From contig PPNB01000009.1 of the NCBI GenBank assembly GCA_003707115.1, forward strand, positions 124,001-188,000: a DNA stretch of 64,000 nucleotides. The letters are read 5' to 3'. The position numbers were made by a program, and so were the translations under genes. Of the stretch, positions 42,824 to 53,562 are shown one piece after another; within the stretch, counting starts at the first letter, position 1, and every line of letters begins with the position of its first letter. The notes under the pieces were generated by a model. It made no database searches, was not told the origin of the DNA, and saw only the letters and a program-made list of their open reading frames with translations. Source of the stretch: Tortispora ganteri. Lineage: Eukaryota.

Positions 42824-44407
42824 ATGGAATCTCTTTCACATGAGGACGAACAGTTCCTAAAGGCAATGGCCGGCAAACAAAAGAAACACATGACGTGGGC
42901 CCACACATTCTGCTGCTATCCGGAACGATACCTGCAACCGCGGTCTGACGGCGAGCTCTCTAGACTCGTCAGAGTTGCGCATAGATATGGTAAAAAGCTG
43001 ATGGTAGTCGGTTCCGGTCATTCACCCTCAGATCTCACAATGACAAACGACTGGATCCTCAACCTAGATCGCTATGCTGACGTCCTCAATATAGACCAAC
43101 ACGCAAAGTACGCTGACGTCCACGTTCAAGCCGGTATTCGTATCTACCAGCTTACTAAAGAGCTAAAGGCACATGGACTAATGATTCAAAGTCTCGGCTC
43201 TATAGCCGACCAATCTATTGCCGGCGCTATTTCTACCGGCACACACGGCTCCAGTGCCTTCCACGGCCTCCTAAGTCAACAGATCGTCAACCTCACTGTC
43301 CTCCTTGCAAACGGCGAGTTCGTTACCTGCTCCCAGACCGATAGACCTGACCTATTTGCCGCCGCCCTGCTTTCGCTTGGAAAAATCGGAATTATATCTC
43401 ACGTCACAATCAGGGTTGTCCCTGAGTTCAAACTTGAATCTATCCAAGAAGTCATCTCCTTTGACACTTTGCTTCTCATATGGCCCACTATATGGACAGA
43501 ACATGAATTCGTCCGTATCTGGTGGTTCCCATATTCCCGAAAGTGCGTCATATGGCGGGCCGATAAGACAGACAAACCGATTACTCCCTCTCGATACTCC
43601 TGGTACGGCTCCTATTTTGGTAGACTATTCTATGAGTGTCTGCTTTGGCTCTGTGTCAAGGTCAAGGGAAGCTGGACTCCAGGCGTAGAGCGCTTTGTGT
43701 TTAGCAGACAATATGGCGTCCACGAAACCTTTGGAAGATCTACAGAACGCGTTACAGAGTACGGCACAGATGCTTTCCGTCTCGACTGTCTGTTCAAACA
43801 AGTCGTGAACGAATGGGCGCTGCCTATGGATAACGGTACAGAGACACTGCTAGCTCTAGACGCTGCAATCGACGAAGCAAGCTCGCGGGGTCAGTACTAT
43901 GTACATGCTCCTATTGAAGTTCGTGTCGGCAACACAACAGTCCCGTCTCCCGAGCAGTACATTGAACCCGGTGCGCCGCTCTACCCTTCTTTTGTGCACC
44001 CAAATAGGGGTGTAATACCGGGAAACACTATCAAACCGTTGCTGGACTTAACGCCAGAACTGGAATTCTCACCATCACCAATCAACCGCAACCTTTGCCT
44101 GTACCTGAACGCCACCATGTACAGGCCGTTTGGAGCCGTCTGCACATTCGGAGCCTGGTTCAGAGAGTTTGAAGCCATAACGGGTAAACTTGGTGGACGG
44201 CCTCACTGGGCGAAGAACTTTATAGGAGAGTTCGATGAGACAGTCAGATCGAAACAGGATGGACACATGTATGGGTTTTCATCGACGGTGAGTCGATGGC
44301 TGGGAAACAACTTAACTAAATGGAAACAGATCCGACGTGAAGTTGACCCCGATAACTTATTCCTTTCAGGAGAGCAATGGGCTGATAGAAACGGGTTAGT
44401 TGATTAA
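42824..44407 (+). CDS. ALO1: D-arabinono-1,4-lactone oxidase
   Basis: GSGHSPSDL (covalent-FAD His), GAISTGTHGSS, VHAPIEVR, LNATMYRPF, GGRPHWAK. Confidence 0.95.
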   Translation: MESLSHEDEQFLKAMAGKQKKHMTWAHTFCCYPERYLQPRSDGELSRLVRVAHRYGKKLMVVGSGHSPSDLTMTNDWILNLDRYADVLNIDQHAKYADVHVQAGIRIYQLTKELKAHGLMIQSLGSIADQSIAGAISTGTHGSSAFHGLLSQQIVNLTVLLANGEFVTCSQTDRPDLFAAALLSLGKIGIISHVTIRVVPEFKLESIQEVISFDTLLLIWPTIWTEHEFVRIWWFPYSRKCVIWRADKTDKPITPSRYSWYGSYFGRLFYECLLWLCVKVKGSWTPGVERFVFSRQYGVHETFGRSTERVTEYGTDAFRLDCLFKQVVNEWALPMDNGTETLLALDAAIDEASSRGQYYVHAPIEVRVGNTTVPSPEQYIEPGAPLYPSFVHPNRGVIPGNTIKPLLDLTPELEFSPSPINRNLCLYLNATMYRPFGAVCTFGAWFREFEAITGKLGGRPHWAKNFIGEFDETVRSKQDGHMYGFSSTVSRWLGNNLTKWKQIRREVDPDNLFLSGEQWADRNGLVD

Positions 44408-44610
44408 ATCTGTCGACTAAATCATTTTACATGCAATGGATTTTTGAGAATTGTGCTTGCGATTTCGCGTAGAATTAATATGCGGCTATTAAGGTTATGA
44501 AAACTCCCAATCGAGACGAAAAACTATTCATCCACCCCATAAAGAAGGAAAAAAAAAAATATAGATGACCTAGAAATTCATTGCAACTTCAAAAGACCAA
44601 AAGTAAAAAC

Positions 44611-46677
44611 ATGGTGAAACGAAAAAGAGCTGCATTGCTGCCATCTAATCTTGCATTATTGCAGAATTTGATTAAACGCGATAAAGATTCATATGTGGAA
44701 GATTTCCTGCAACAGTATAAACACTTCGAGTCACAAAGAGAGATCTTTTTAGTTAATCCTTCAGATGAATACAACGAAGATTTCAATGATCTCGTTAATT
44801 TCCTTGCTCATGTCAGTAATTTATATCCTAAACATGCATCTGAATTTCCGGATGGGCTTATAAAATTGGTTAGCGAGAACCATACTAGACTTAACAACGA
44901 GACAAATGACGGTTTGATTCGATCGCTAGTACTTTTGAAAAACAAAGGTGACATATCACCTGAAAAACTTGTTAATATTCTTTTTCAAGTATTAATATCT
45001 ACATCTTCTAAAGCAATTCGTCACATTTGCTACTCGAATCTGGTTCTTACGATCACCAACGCCAATGCCGTTAACAAGAATCCTAAACTGAATCGCTCAG
45101 TACAGACGCTGCTCTTCAATTTGCTGCAATCACCCAAAGACGGCCTGTGGGCTGTCAAAATTACGCGACAGCTTTGGAGAAAGAATATCTGGGACGATGC
45201 AAAGTCAGTGGAGATTATGCGACAGGCTTGTCTTCACAGAGACACGCGCACCTCGGTCTCGGGCGCCAAATTCTTTATCGGTATTGACAAGGAAAAAGAG
45301 GAATTCCTCATGGACGATAGTAGTGACGAAGAGACGCAGAAAGAACTTGAACAGCTACGCCATAAGATGAAATACAACAAGAAGACCAGCAAGCGCGACA
45401 AAACTATCCAGAAAGTAGCAAAAGAGCTCAAGAACGAGGACGCCAAAGACAAAGCGGTGCAGCTCAATTTTTCGGCACTGCATCTTCTGAACGATCCACA
45501 AGGGTTTGTTGAGCAGCTTTATAGCAAGCAACTCGGTCAAGGAAGCCCACGACATACTTTAGAGCACAAAATTGTGTTTCTGAACTTGATATCGCGCTTG
45601 AGCGGCATGCACAAAGTCGTTCTTCTGAATCTCTATTCTTACATACTGCGCTACCTGACGCCTAAACAGCTAGAGGTGACTAAATTCTTGGCCTGTGCAG
45701 TGCAGAGCTCTCATGAGCTCGTCCCACCTGAAACACTGCAGATAGTCGTCGAGAAGATCGCCAATGAGTTTGTGAGTGACGGTGTTTCGTCAGAAGCGGC
45801 TGCTGCTGGTCTCAATACAATCAGGGAGATATTGGCCCGCAACCCGTTGGCTATCACGCCAGAGCTGCTGCAAGATCTAACCGCATACAAGGGATCAAAA
45901 AGCAAGTCTGTGGTCGCGAGCGCAAGAGGGCTCATTGGACTGTATAGAGAGGTTGCGCCAGAGATGCTGAACAAGAAAGACAGAGGCAAGGAAGCAACCG
46001 AGAAGATGATCGCTGGAAAAACTGTGTCGCTTCCTAAATACGGAGAAGAGATGGTTTATGACCGAATCGAAGGACTTGAACTTCTGGAAGACCAAGAAGA
46101 TAACGACGAAGGTGATGACGATAAATGGGAGGTAGCTAGCGATCTTTCTGAAGACTCGGATGATAGTGAAGAAGGTTGGATTAATATGGAGAGCGACAAA
46201 GAGTACGAAGTCTCAGATAGCGAGGACGAGAAAGAGAAAGAGAGAGGAGAGTCTGCGCCGAAGGCTGCTGTGTCGATTGCCGATTCAGTCATGGCTAAGA
46301 GAATTTTAACTCCTGCAGATTTTGCGAAGCTTGACGAGCTTCGAAAACGAAACATCATAAATGAGAAATTGGGACTGAATCTGAAAGGAGACGAAAGCAT
46401 TGATCCGGACTCCTTACTTGGCGCTCGCGAAGACAAACTCACTAAAGAAGAGAAGATCGAGAGAATGAAAGAAGGTCGTGAAGGACGCGATTTTGGTTCT
46501 AAGAAGGGCAATATCGATCACCATCACAGTACTACGAATCGCGAAAAAGCTCGTAAAAAGAACATCATTATGATGGCACACAATAAAGCCGTTAAGGGCA
46601 AAGCGAAGCGCAGTCTACGTCTTCAGCAGAAGCTATTGAAACATCACATGAACCGTCAACGTGGACTCAAGAGGTAA
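44611..46677 (+). CDS. SDA1: Sda1 60S ribosome biogenesis protein
   Basis: MVKRKRAALLPSNL.LLQNLIKRD..SY, LNFSALHLLNDPQGF, STTNREKARKKN; ATG at 44611. Confidence 0.95.
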   Translation: MVKRKRAALLPSNLALLQNLIKRDKDSYVEDFLQQYKHFESQREIFLVNPSDEYNEDFNDLVNFLAHVSNLYPKHASEFPDGLIKLVSENHTRLNNETNDGLIRSLVLLKNKGDISPEKLVNILFQVLISTSSKAIRHICYSNLVLTITNANAVNKNPKLNRSVQTLLFNLLQSPKDGLWAVKITRQLWRKNIWDDAKSVEIMRQACLHRDTRTSVSGAKFFIGIDKEKEEFLMDDSSDEETQKELEQLRHKMKYNKKTSKRDKTIQKVAKELKNEDAKDKAVQLNFSALHLLNDPQGFVEQLYSKQLGQGSPRHTLEHKIVFLNLISRLSGMHKVVLLNLYSYILRYLTPKQLEVTKFLACAVQSSHELVPPETLQIVVEKIANEFVSDGVSSEAAAAGLNTIREILARNPLAITPELLQDLTAYKGSKSKSVVASARGLIGLYREVAPEMLNKKDRGKEATEKMIAGKTVSLPKYGEEMVYDRIEGLELLEDQEDNDEGDDDKWEVASDLSEDSDDSEEGWINMESDKEYEVSDSEDEKEKERGESAPKAAVSIADSVMAKRILTPADFAKLDELRKRNIINEKLGLNLKGDESIDPDSLLGAREDKLTKEEKIERMKEGREGRDFGSKKGNIDHHHSTTNREKARKKNIIMMAHNKAVKGKAKRSLRLQQKLLKHHMNRQRGLKR

Positions 46678-47088
46678 GTCGAAATACGAGCAAAGAGCGG
46701 CTACTGTGTGATATTGACTAATTAGGAAAGATATAGGATGCGCTTTATTTATATATATTACCAAATCACCTGGATTTAAGTTTATGAGTAGCTAAGAGTG
46801 CTGCGTAGCAACGCACGTATTTTGATCAGGGTAAAGGGTTTGTGAAAAAATCTAAATACATTTCTGAACCACCACCTTGTTCACACAAATTCCATCAGAA
46901 GTCCATAGATTTTTTATTTTCTTTTTTCATTTCTTTTAGCTTTAACCGGGCATTTTTTGCACGTATTTTTCTGTTATAAGAGGTTTTCATTGACAGATTT
47001 TATAATTTTTTGTGAGTTCTAAAGGATTGCTGGTCACTTGTAAGTTGTACCTAGCGATATCTTGAAGTTAGTATAATCTAATTTAAAG

Positions 47089-47757
47089 ATGGCGACTGTT
47101 TCGGAAGGTGTCGCACAGATTAATTTGAACGATAATAAGGCTGCTGATGAGTCAAAAGATGTTAAAGGTGGCGAAGAAGAAGTGAGCCCAACTGTTTTTA
47201 AAGATGTTCACGATTTCTCTGAAGTTCATCCGCTCATGAGATCCTGGACCTTGTGGTATACTAAGCCAGACAAGGATTCAGTCGCTAATTATTCGGACAA
47301 CATTTCAGAAGTTGTGACTTTTGACACTGTTGAGGCTTTTTGGGGAATGTACAACAATATTATCCCCGTATCTGAAATCCCTTTGCGCGCAGATTATGGT
47401 CTGTTCGAGAAAGGTGTGCGACCTGAGTGGGAACATCCTGCCAATGCCAAGGGAGCTAAATGGACTGTCCAGTTTAAAGGACGCACTGAATACCTGAATG
47501 AGAAATGGCTTAATGTTTTGCTGGCGCTTATTGGTGAAACGCTTGATTCTGAGGAGTCTAGTGAGATCACTGGAGTTGTGTTCAATTGTAGAAAGGCTGG
47601 TAACAGATTTGCCGTTTGGACAAGATCTAGAGACAACGATCGTGCTTTAATGGAAATTGGTTACAAGATTCGTGAAATTGTCGGACCTGGTGAAACTATC
47701 GAGTTTTCTAAGCATGATGCTCCTCGCGGTGCCAAGCCCATCTTTTATGTGAAATAA
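47089..47757 (+). CDS. CDC33: Translation initiation factor eIF4E (cap-binding)
   Basis: HPL..WTLWY, FDTVEAFW, GVRPEWE, LALIGETLD, RFAVWT. Assignment as the main CDC33 orthologue is tentative because of W56Y. Confidence 0.85.
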   Translation: MATVSEGVAQINLNDNKAADESKDVKGGEEEVSPTVFKDVHDFSEVHPLMRSWTLWYTKPDKDSVANYSDNISEVVTFDTVEAFWGMYNNIIPVSEIPLRADYGLFEKGVRPEWEHPANAKGAKWTVQFKGRTEYLNEKWLNVLLALIGETLDSEESSEITGVVFNCRKAGNRFAVWTRSRDNDRALMEIGYKIREIVGPGETIEFSKHDAPRGAKPIFYVK

Positions 47758-48356
47758 GTTAATTTGTTATATTTGACTCGCTTTTGAATATTCTCTTCTT
47801 TTCACGATTTCGATATTCTTCTTTCCAGTCTCCTCTATCTTTCCTTCCATCCATTGAATTATGGTTCTTTTTTCTTGTTTTTTTGATTGACTGGACCAGC
47901 TGCAGCAAAAGCAAAAATATGGAGCGAACGAAGAAAGTTCAGTTCAGTTAGCGCGAAAAGAACCATTCACGAAACTATTCTAGCTATATCTAGATACCAT
48001 TTGATCTTTAAACTACGTACTAAGTATATTTAGAGCTTACAAGTCCCTTCAATCTAGTGAATACAGTAATATATACTATTATTTTATTCTCTAGTTTATC
48101 AGCATCAATGTATGGCTGTACGTTGCTTTTACGATTATCTAAGTCACGCCACAAAATTACAATGTCTAGTTCATACTAGACAATTAATATGGCCTCTAAT
48201 TGATAGGTGTTTATTTACAAAAAAAATAAAAATAAACAATGTCGTTCATTACAACTGAATTGTCGCGACTCGCCCAATTAAGTTAAGTCCCTTTTTCGTT
48301 CTTAATCAATCTAAACTCTCCTCCGGTTCCATCTCTTCACTTGACTTTCGGAACGA

Positions 48357-49352
48357 ATGAAATTGTTTACTTGGGGAGGACTCTATGGCCTGCCTTCATT
48401 TTCCGCCGATGATCTTATTGTAATAACCTACTTGAATGCTTTAGACATATCATTTGAACTGGTATCTTCAAGCAACATCTATCTAACTCCGTACAAGGAG
48501 CTCCCAGTATTGGAACATAGGAATAAGAGGGTCTCCGGATGTGAGGGGATCATCGCATACCTGAAAAGCGGTGGATTTAATCTCGATGCAGACCTCTCTG
48601 CAACTGGCTCCGCGCTGAACGTTCTTCTAGTAAACTACATGTCACATTATCTCAGAATAGTCACTGATTTCAATCAATGTTTTCACAGACAGAACTTCGA
48701 CGACCAGTTCCGACCAGGTTTCGTCTCTTTCGCTCCTTTTCCGCACCAGTACTATCTGCCGTTCATATATCGATCCGATTCGAAGAACAGAGCCGTTGCA
48801 AAAGGCATAGACTTTCATATGGAGTCTGATTCCACTTTCAATACCAATAGAGCAAGGCCTGTGTTCCCCTCGGGCCAAGCAAAGATTGAAGAAGCTAAAG
48901 CTTTCTACTCAAAGTACAAGCCGGCACAAGACGAGTCTGCTCGTTACACTTTTAACAATACCAAACTAAGAAAGAAGGTCAACCTCGAAGCCGAACCTAC
49001 AAGCACTTTCCGCGCATTGCTCCTTGCTGAAGAAGTCTACAGCGTCCTGAACCATTATATTGAATCTACTCCTCGTTCCACAGACTCCGTCCACCTAATA
49101 GAGAATAGACTCACTACAGCGGACATCTACCTTGCAGTTCACTTGATTCTTCAGTACCAAGTGTCTTACCCTAACAACATCCTCAAGCATTTCATAGATT
49201 TCCAGTTCCCACAGCTGAAGCATTTCTCAGAGATATACACACCAAAAGAGCTATGGGGCGAAATACCAGGTAAGAATATTCGACTTTCTGATCCGAAACC
49301 ATCTGAGTCTATCTCGATCCTGTCGGCGATCCGCAGCTTCTTCTCACGTTGA
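48357..49352 (+). CDS. SAM37: Metaxin/Sam37-like mitochondrial outer-membrane protein
   Basis: N-terminal W...GLPSF...YL, SSN..LTP..ELPVL and GST-like C-terminal TTADIYL. Confidence 0.65.
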   Translation: MKLFTWGGLYGLPSFSADDLIVITYLNALDISFELVSSSNIYLTPYKELPVLEHRNKRVSGCEGIIAYLKSGGFNLDADLSATGSALNVLLVNYMSHYLRIVTDFNQCFHRQNFDDQFRPGFVSFAPFPHQYYLPFIYRSDSKNRAVAKGIDFHMESDSTFNTNRARPVFPSGQAKIEEAKAFYSKYKPAQDESARYTFNNTKLRKKVNLEAEPTSTFRALLLAEEVYSVLNHYIESTPRSTDSVHLIENRLTTADIYLAVHLILQYQVSYPNNILKHFIDFQFPQLKHFSEIYTPKELWGEIPGKNIRLSDPKPSESISILSAIRSFFSR

Positions 49353-49608
49353 GTTGCTGCGACAGCAATTGTAAATACAGCACATGTGCTCAAAGAATTA
49401 TATAGATAAAAAATAGTATTTTATTATTAAATATTTTTATTTCTTTTAGCATGTTCGCTAAATTGGCACGAACATGTATATCTAGATGGTAGTCTTCACC
49501 ACTCAAAACCAATAAAACTCTAATAGCCGTGATACACTATAATACTTGTTTGTTTACACTACACCAGTTTCGTTCACAAATTAACGTCAAACGCCAGCCC
49601 ACACTAAT

Positions 49609-52521
49609 ATGAATCTAGCACCACCATTAAACGACATAAGCAATGACAAGATTATAACTCGCTCTAAAAGGCCTAAGAGCATGGGTAATATGGCTGAATT
49701 TACCAACGAACCTAAGCCAAAGAAACGAGCAAGGAAGTCCATCGCGTTCAAGGAAGAGGCAGAAGTGACGTTAATCATGCGTGAAGAAACAGTGGCAGTA
49801 GAAAAAAGCCTTTCTAATTTGGGTGCTCATTTTTCACCACTTAAAGGCAAGCCTTCAGGGAGCTCTGTTAGACGTGAATCGCTCAGTGCCGGCTCAGATG
49901 AGGAAATGGAATTTACGGAGGTCAATTTCCTTTCGAACAGAGACGACCAGGAAGAGGACATGAATATTACAGAAGTTGTGCGTGATCCATTACATATACA
50001 GCCAGCTGAAGATGATATGGATGTCACTGAATTATTTCGAGCGCCAATCCAGCAGTCAAACGACGAAGAAGAAGAAGACATGAACATCACTGAGATAATT
50101 AAAGCGCCCATCGAACAATCAATCGACAACGAGCAAGAGGACGGTAGTAACATCAATGAACTATCCAGTATACCTGTTGAAACGCAGTCCGAAGAAGAAG
50201 ATATGAATTTCACTGAACTAGTTCAAACTCCAGATGATCAAAACGACGAAGAAGAGGATATGAATTTCACTGAAATAGTTCAAACTCCAGATGATCAACA
50301 CGACGAAGAGGAAGACATGAACGTCACTGAACAGGCTCAAACTCCAATTCAGGGCAACGAAGAGGAAGATATGAACGTCACCGAACTAGTTCGAGCTGGA
50401 GATGAGCAAAACGGCGAAGAGGAAGATATGAATGTCACCGAAAAAGTCCAAACTCCAATTCAGAGCGTTGGAGAGAATAATATGAACGTTAATAATTTGA
50501 TCCAAACCCAACTTCCAGTCAAAATTGCCGAAGAAAATAAAAATATGACACAAAGCATCTCTAACACCACTCTTCATACTGCTTCCCTACAGAATCTTTC
50601 TACTCCATCTGTCACCAAAACAATAAGTCGATCAAGCATACCAGATTTGCCTTCATCTTCCGAAAATATTGAAGAGGAACGTATGAATGTCGTCGTTAGC
50701 GAACAGTCACAAGCAAGCTCGCCAGTTGCTCTAAGACGTTCACCAAGAAAGCATGTCAAGTCTTTACTATACACGCCTATCAGCCTGAAAAATACATCCC
50801 CTAAAAAATTGGAATCAATCAGCTCTCCAAAGAGAAGTCCTAAAAAGGTTTCGAAGTCTGTACATAGCGCAAATCCTTTTTCTGGAATGGCAGTGTCAGA
50901 AAGATTGGCATCTCACAAGCACCCAGCATCCTCCTCTCAAGCTTTAGAATCAGCTGTGAAAGTACAGACTAATCAATTGCCGCTAGAAGATCAAGAGGAT
51001 ACTGTGATATCTGCCTCAGATGTGTTACAAAATATAAATGTGGCTCAGTTAACTACACCTACACGACGTTTGATGTTGGATAATCCTCAAGCAACAATGT
51101 CTGCTCCTCGACCCTCATCAAAATCTTTAGAATTTGAGCAGCCTAGCACGCCATTAACAGTCAGCAAACAGAAAGCTAAAGAAGATATCAGCGCTGAGAC
51201 TACTAAAGGTAGTTTGCTGGCTTTCTATCAAGCCGAAGCCAAAAAGCAAATAGCGAAATTCGAAAAGGTGTTAGAAGGCTGTGCTAAACTGAAAATCACT
51301 GTGTCTGATCCGTCTATTGTTACAAAGGATTTACAGAAAGTTATTACAGAAACGGAGAATGCTATTCAAACCTCGCGATCCGAGATTCAAACCTCTCAGG
51401 CACTGATAAAGAAGTATCATGTGCCTTTAATACGAGAACTTTTGGTCTATTCTCCTAATAATCTTGAATACAAGCAGTTAGCGGACACCAGTGCATCAAG
51501 GTCTTCACATCTGGAACAGCTCATATCATCTATGGATAAGCGGCTGCAAGACCTCAAGTACGATAACTTAAAAGATGAGGTAAGAAAATTAAGTCATGAG
51601 ATGACTGAAGTATACAATGAATGTGGTGATATTGAGATGCACTGTGATGAATCTGTGGCTCGCATTAATGGACTCATTGGCACTCTGATGGTGTACTTGT
51701 CCGGAGAAGATTCCGCCATGAAAGCATCTCAGGTTGGAGACTGTGTATCAGGCATCAATACTGATCTTTCGGCTCTGGATGGTCTTGATTACACATTGAG
51801 AGGAAAAGTTCAGCTGTATAAAGGAACACTAGAGAAAGCACGACAGCTATTACAAGAAGCACAGCAATTATCAACTCTAATGAAGCAAGAGTACAAATAT
51901 TCCGCCCTCAACGATCATGATTTGCACTATAAGCTGTCAAAAGAGCTGCGTGTTCAGCGTAATCGTTTCAGGGAGACTACTGGGTGGACAGTGATGAAGA
52001 TTGATAGTGGAATCATGCATGTTAAACAGGTGATTGGCGATCTCGAAGCAGAAATAGACTCGAACTCGGAGCGATACGATATGAGATTTAAGTCGGGCAT
52101 TAAATTTCACGAGTTATTTAAAGTTTTTGAGCTAGAGGTGCTAAAGTGCAAGGCAGACTCAGTGGTAGATAAGTTAACGTGGGTTAATTTGCGCTATAGT
52201 GCTTTAGAAGTCACCGAATCGATACTACGTCGGCATGTTCTTTGTTTAGGTGACTGGGAAATGCAACTAGATAACGAGACCTTTACATTGGTTTCACGCA
52301 ATCATAGCACTGGACGTATAAAGTTTGAAGTGAAGATGACAGTAGCACTGATGAAATGCAAGCTGGAAATGCAATCATGGGATGCAATTGAGCTGGAAGT
52401 GTACTCGGGAAGCTTAAGCAGAAATCAGGTTATTGAAGATATTAAGGATTCTATTAACCGAAGAGGGCTAACGGGCTATATTGGGTACATGAACAGAATT
52501 ATAGGGAACATTTTCGGTTGA
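49609..52521 (+). CDS. SPC105: Kinetochore scaffold Spc105/Spc7/KNL1
   Basis: N-terminal RVxF-like KSIAF, nine acidic M[END][FIV]T (MELT-like) repeats, a coiled coil and a C-terminal region with GW typical of the Spc7 domain. Confidence 0.75.
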   Translation: MNLAPPLNDISNDKIITRSKRPKSMGNMAEFTNEPKPKKRARKSIAFKEEAEVTLIMREETVAVEKSLSNLGAHFSPLKGKPSGSSVRRESLSAGSDEEMEFTEVNFLSNRDDQEEDMNITEVVRDPLHIQPAEDDMDVTELFRAPIQQSNDEEEEDMNITEIIKAPIEQSIDNEQEDGSNINELSSIPVETQSEEEDMNFTELVQTPDDQNDEEEDMNFTEIVQTPDDQHDEEEDMNVTEQAQTPIQGNEEEDMNVTELVRAGDEQNGEEEDMNVTEKVQTPIQSVGENNMNVNNLIQTQLPVKIAEENKNMTQSISNTTLHTASLQNLSTPSVTKTISRSSIPDLPSSSENIEEERMNVVVSEQSQASSPVALRRSPRKHVKSLLYTPISLKNTSPKKLESISSPKRSPKKVSKSVHSANPFSGMAVSERLASHKHPASSSQALESAVKVQTNQLPLEDQEDTVISASDVLQNINVAQLTTPTRRLMLDNPQATMSAPRPSSKSLEFEQPSTPLTVSKQKAKEDISAETTKGSLLAFYQAEAKKQIAKFEKVLEGCAKLKITVSDPSIVTKDLQKVITETENAIQTSRSEIQTSQALIKKYHVPLIRELLVYSPNNLEYKQLADTSASRSSHLEQLISSMDKRLQDLKYDNLKDEVRKLSHEMTEVYNECGDIEMHCDESVARINGLIGTLMVYLSGEDSAMKASQVGDCVSGINTDLSALDGLDYTLRGKVQLYKGTLEKARQLLQEAQQLSTLMKQEYKYSALNDHDLHYKLSKELRVQRNRFRETTGWTVMKIDSGIMHVKQVIGDLEAEIDSNSERYDMRFKSGIKFHELFKVFELEVLKCKADSVVDKLTWVNLRYSALEVTESILRRHVLCLGDWEMQLDNETFTLVSRNHSTGRIKFEVKMTVALMKCKLEMQSWDAIELEVYSGSLSRNQVIEDIKDSINRRGLTGYIGYMNRIIGNIFG
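50191..50475. repeat. Coding tandem repeat, 54-57-bp units x5 (MELT array)
   Basis: Units starting gaaga(a/g)ga(a/g)ga(t/c)atgaa at 50191, 50248, 50305, 50359 and 50416; the first two are nearly identical. Confidence 0.9.
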
Positions 52522-52597
52522 TGCTTGAGGTAGGATAAGGCGTCAGTTGGCGATGATAAATCTGTATATTAGTTTGGTTATAACATTTTAGTACATT

Positions 52598-52693
52598 ATC
52601 ACGTGATTACATAATATAAAGATGGGAGTTTTTTATTAAACCCTAATGGTGCTAGTGGGAAATTAAAAAAAAGTAGGGTATTGAGCAGTCACA
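52598..52693. promoter_or_regulatory. Ribosomal-protein promoter elements: Cbf1 box, Tbf1/Homol-E-like pair and Homol-D
   Basis: ATCACGTGAT at 52598-52607, AACCCTAA at 52639-52646, TAGGGT at 52674-52679, CAGTCACA at 52686-52693. Confidence 0.65.
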
Positions 52694-52786
52694 TCTAGGT
52701 TTTGAAATTCCCAAACACGCAGAAAGGCTTACTAGTTGCAAGCGAACATACTTCGACACTTTACTTGTGATTGATTATATTGAATA

Positions 52787-53257
52787 ATGGCCACAGAACT
52801 TACCGTGCAATCAGAGCGTGCTTACCAGAAGCAACCTCACATTTTTGAGAACCCCAAGGTTCAGGCCAAGCGTGCCAGCAAGCGTTGGTACAAGGAAGTC
52901 GGTCTTGGATTCAAGACTCCTAAGGCTGCTATCCAAGGATCGTACATTGACAAGAAGTGTCCATTTGTTGGTACTGTTTCTATCCGTGGACGTATTCTTA
53001 CTGGTACTGTTGTCTCTACCAAGATGCACCGTACTGTTATCATTCGTCGTGACTACCTGCACTACATTCCTAAGTACAACCGTTACGAGAAGCGTCACAA
53101 GAACCTTGCTGCCCACATTTCTCCTGCTTTCCGTGTGAGCGAGGGTGATGTTGTCACTGTTGGACAATGCCGACCTTTGTCCAAGACAGTTCGTTTTAAT
53201 GTTTTACGTGTCGCTCCTGCCCAAGGAAAGAGCAAGAAGCAATTCAGTAAATTCTAA
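52787..53257 (+). CDS. RPS11: 40S ribosomal protein S11 (uS17), intronless CDS
   Basis: [17 protein letters not shown]...YIDKKCPF...[11 protein letters not shown]...[14 protein letters not shown]; strong codon bias. Confidence 0.98.
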   Translation: MATELTVQSERAYQKQPHIFENPKVQAKRASKRWYKEVGLGFKTPKAAIQGSYIDKKCPFVGTVSIRGRILTGTVVSTKMHRTVIIRRDYLHYIPKYNRYEKRHKNLAAHISPAFRVSEGDVVTVGQCRPLSKTVRFNVLRVAPAQGKSKKQFSKF

Positions 53258-53562
53258 GGAAGTTCTCTATTGCAACGGATCTAAACGTGAAATAAATATA
53301 CAACTACTATCCACTACAGCCTAGTTTGCATGAGACTGTTGTCTTTTTGTCTCCTGGTGAAGGGATGCTTTAACGAATGAGGCTTTAACGAGCCTTGGAA
53401 CCATGTTCATTTTGTAATGTCTTACGAGACAGTTATAGCCATGTCTAAAATTGACCCTTTTTTTTGTAGAATGTAGATATAAACACAATTTCGCTTATAC
53501 ATATTAAATAAATATTCGTATATTTTGTCTTTTCCGTTGCTTTGTTATGAACTTAGACTTAG

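Noticed and set aside
50191..50475. Repeat-spacer-like periodicity suggesting CRISPR
   Set aside because: In-frame coding repeats of the KNL1 MELT array in a eukaryotic genome; no unique spacers or cas genes.
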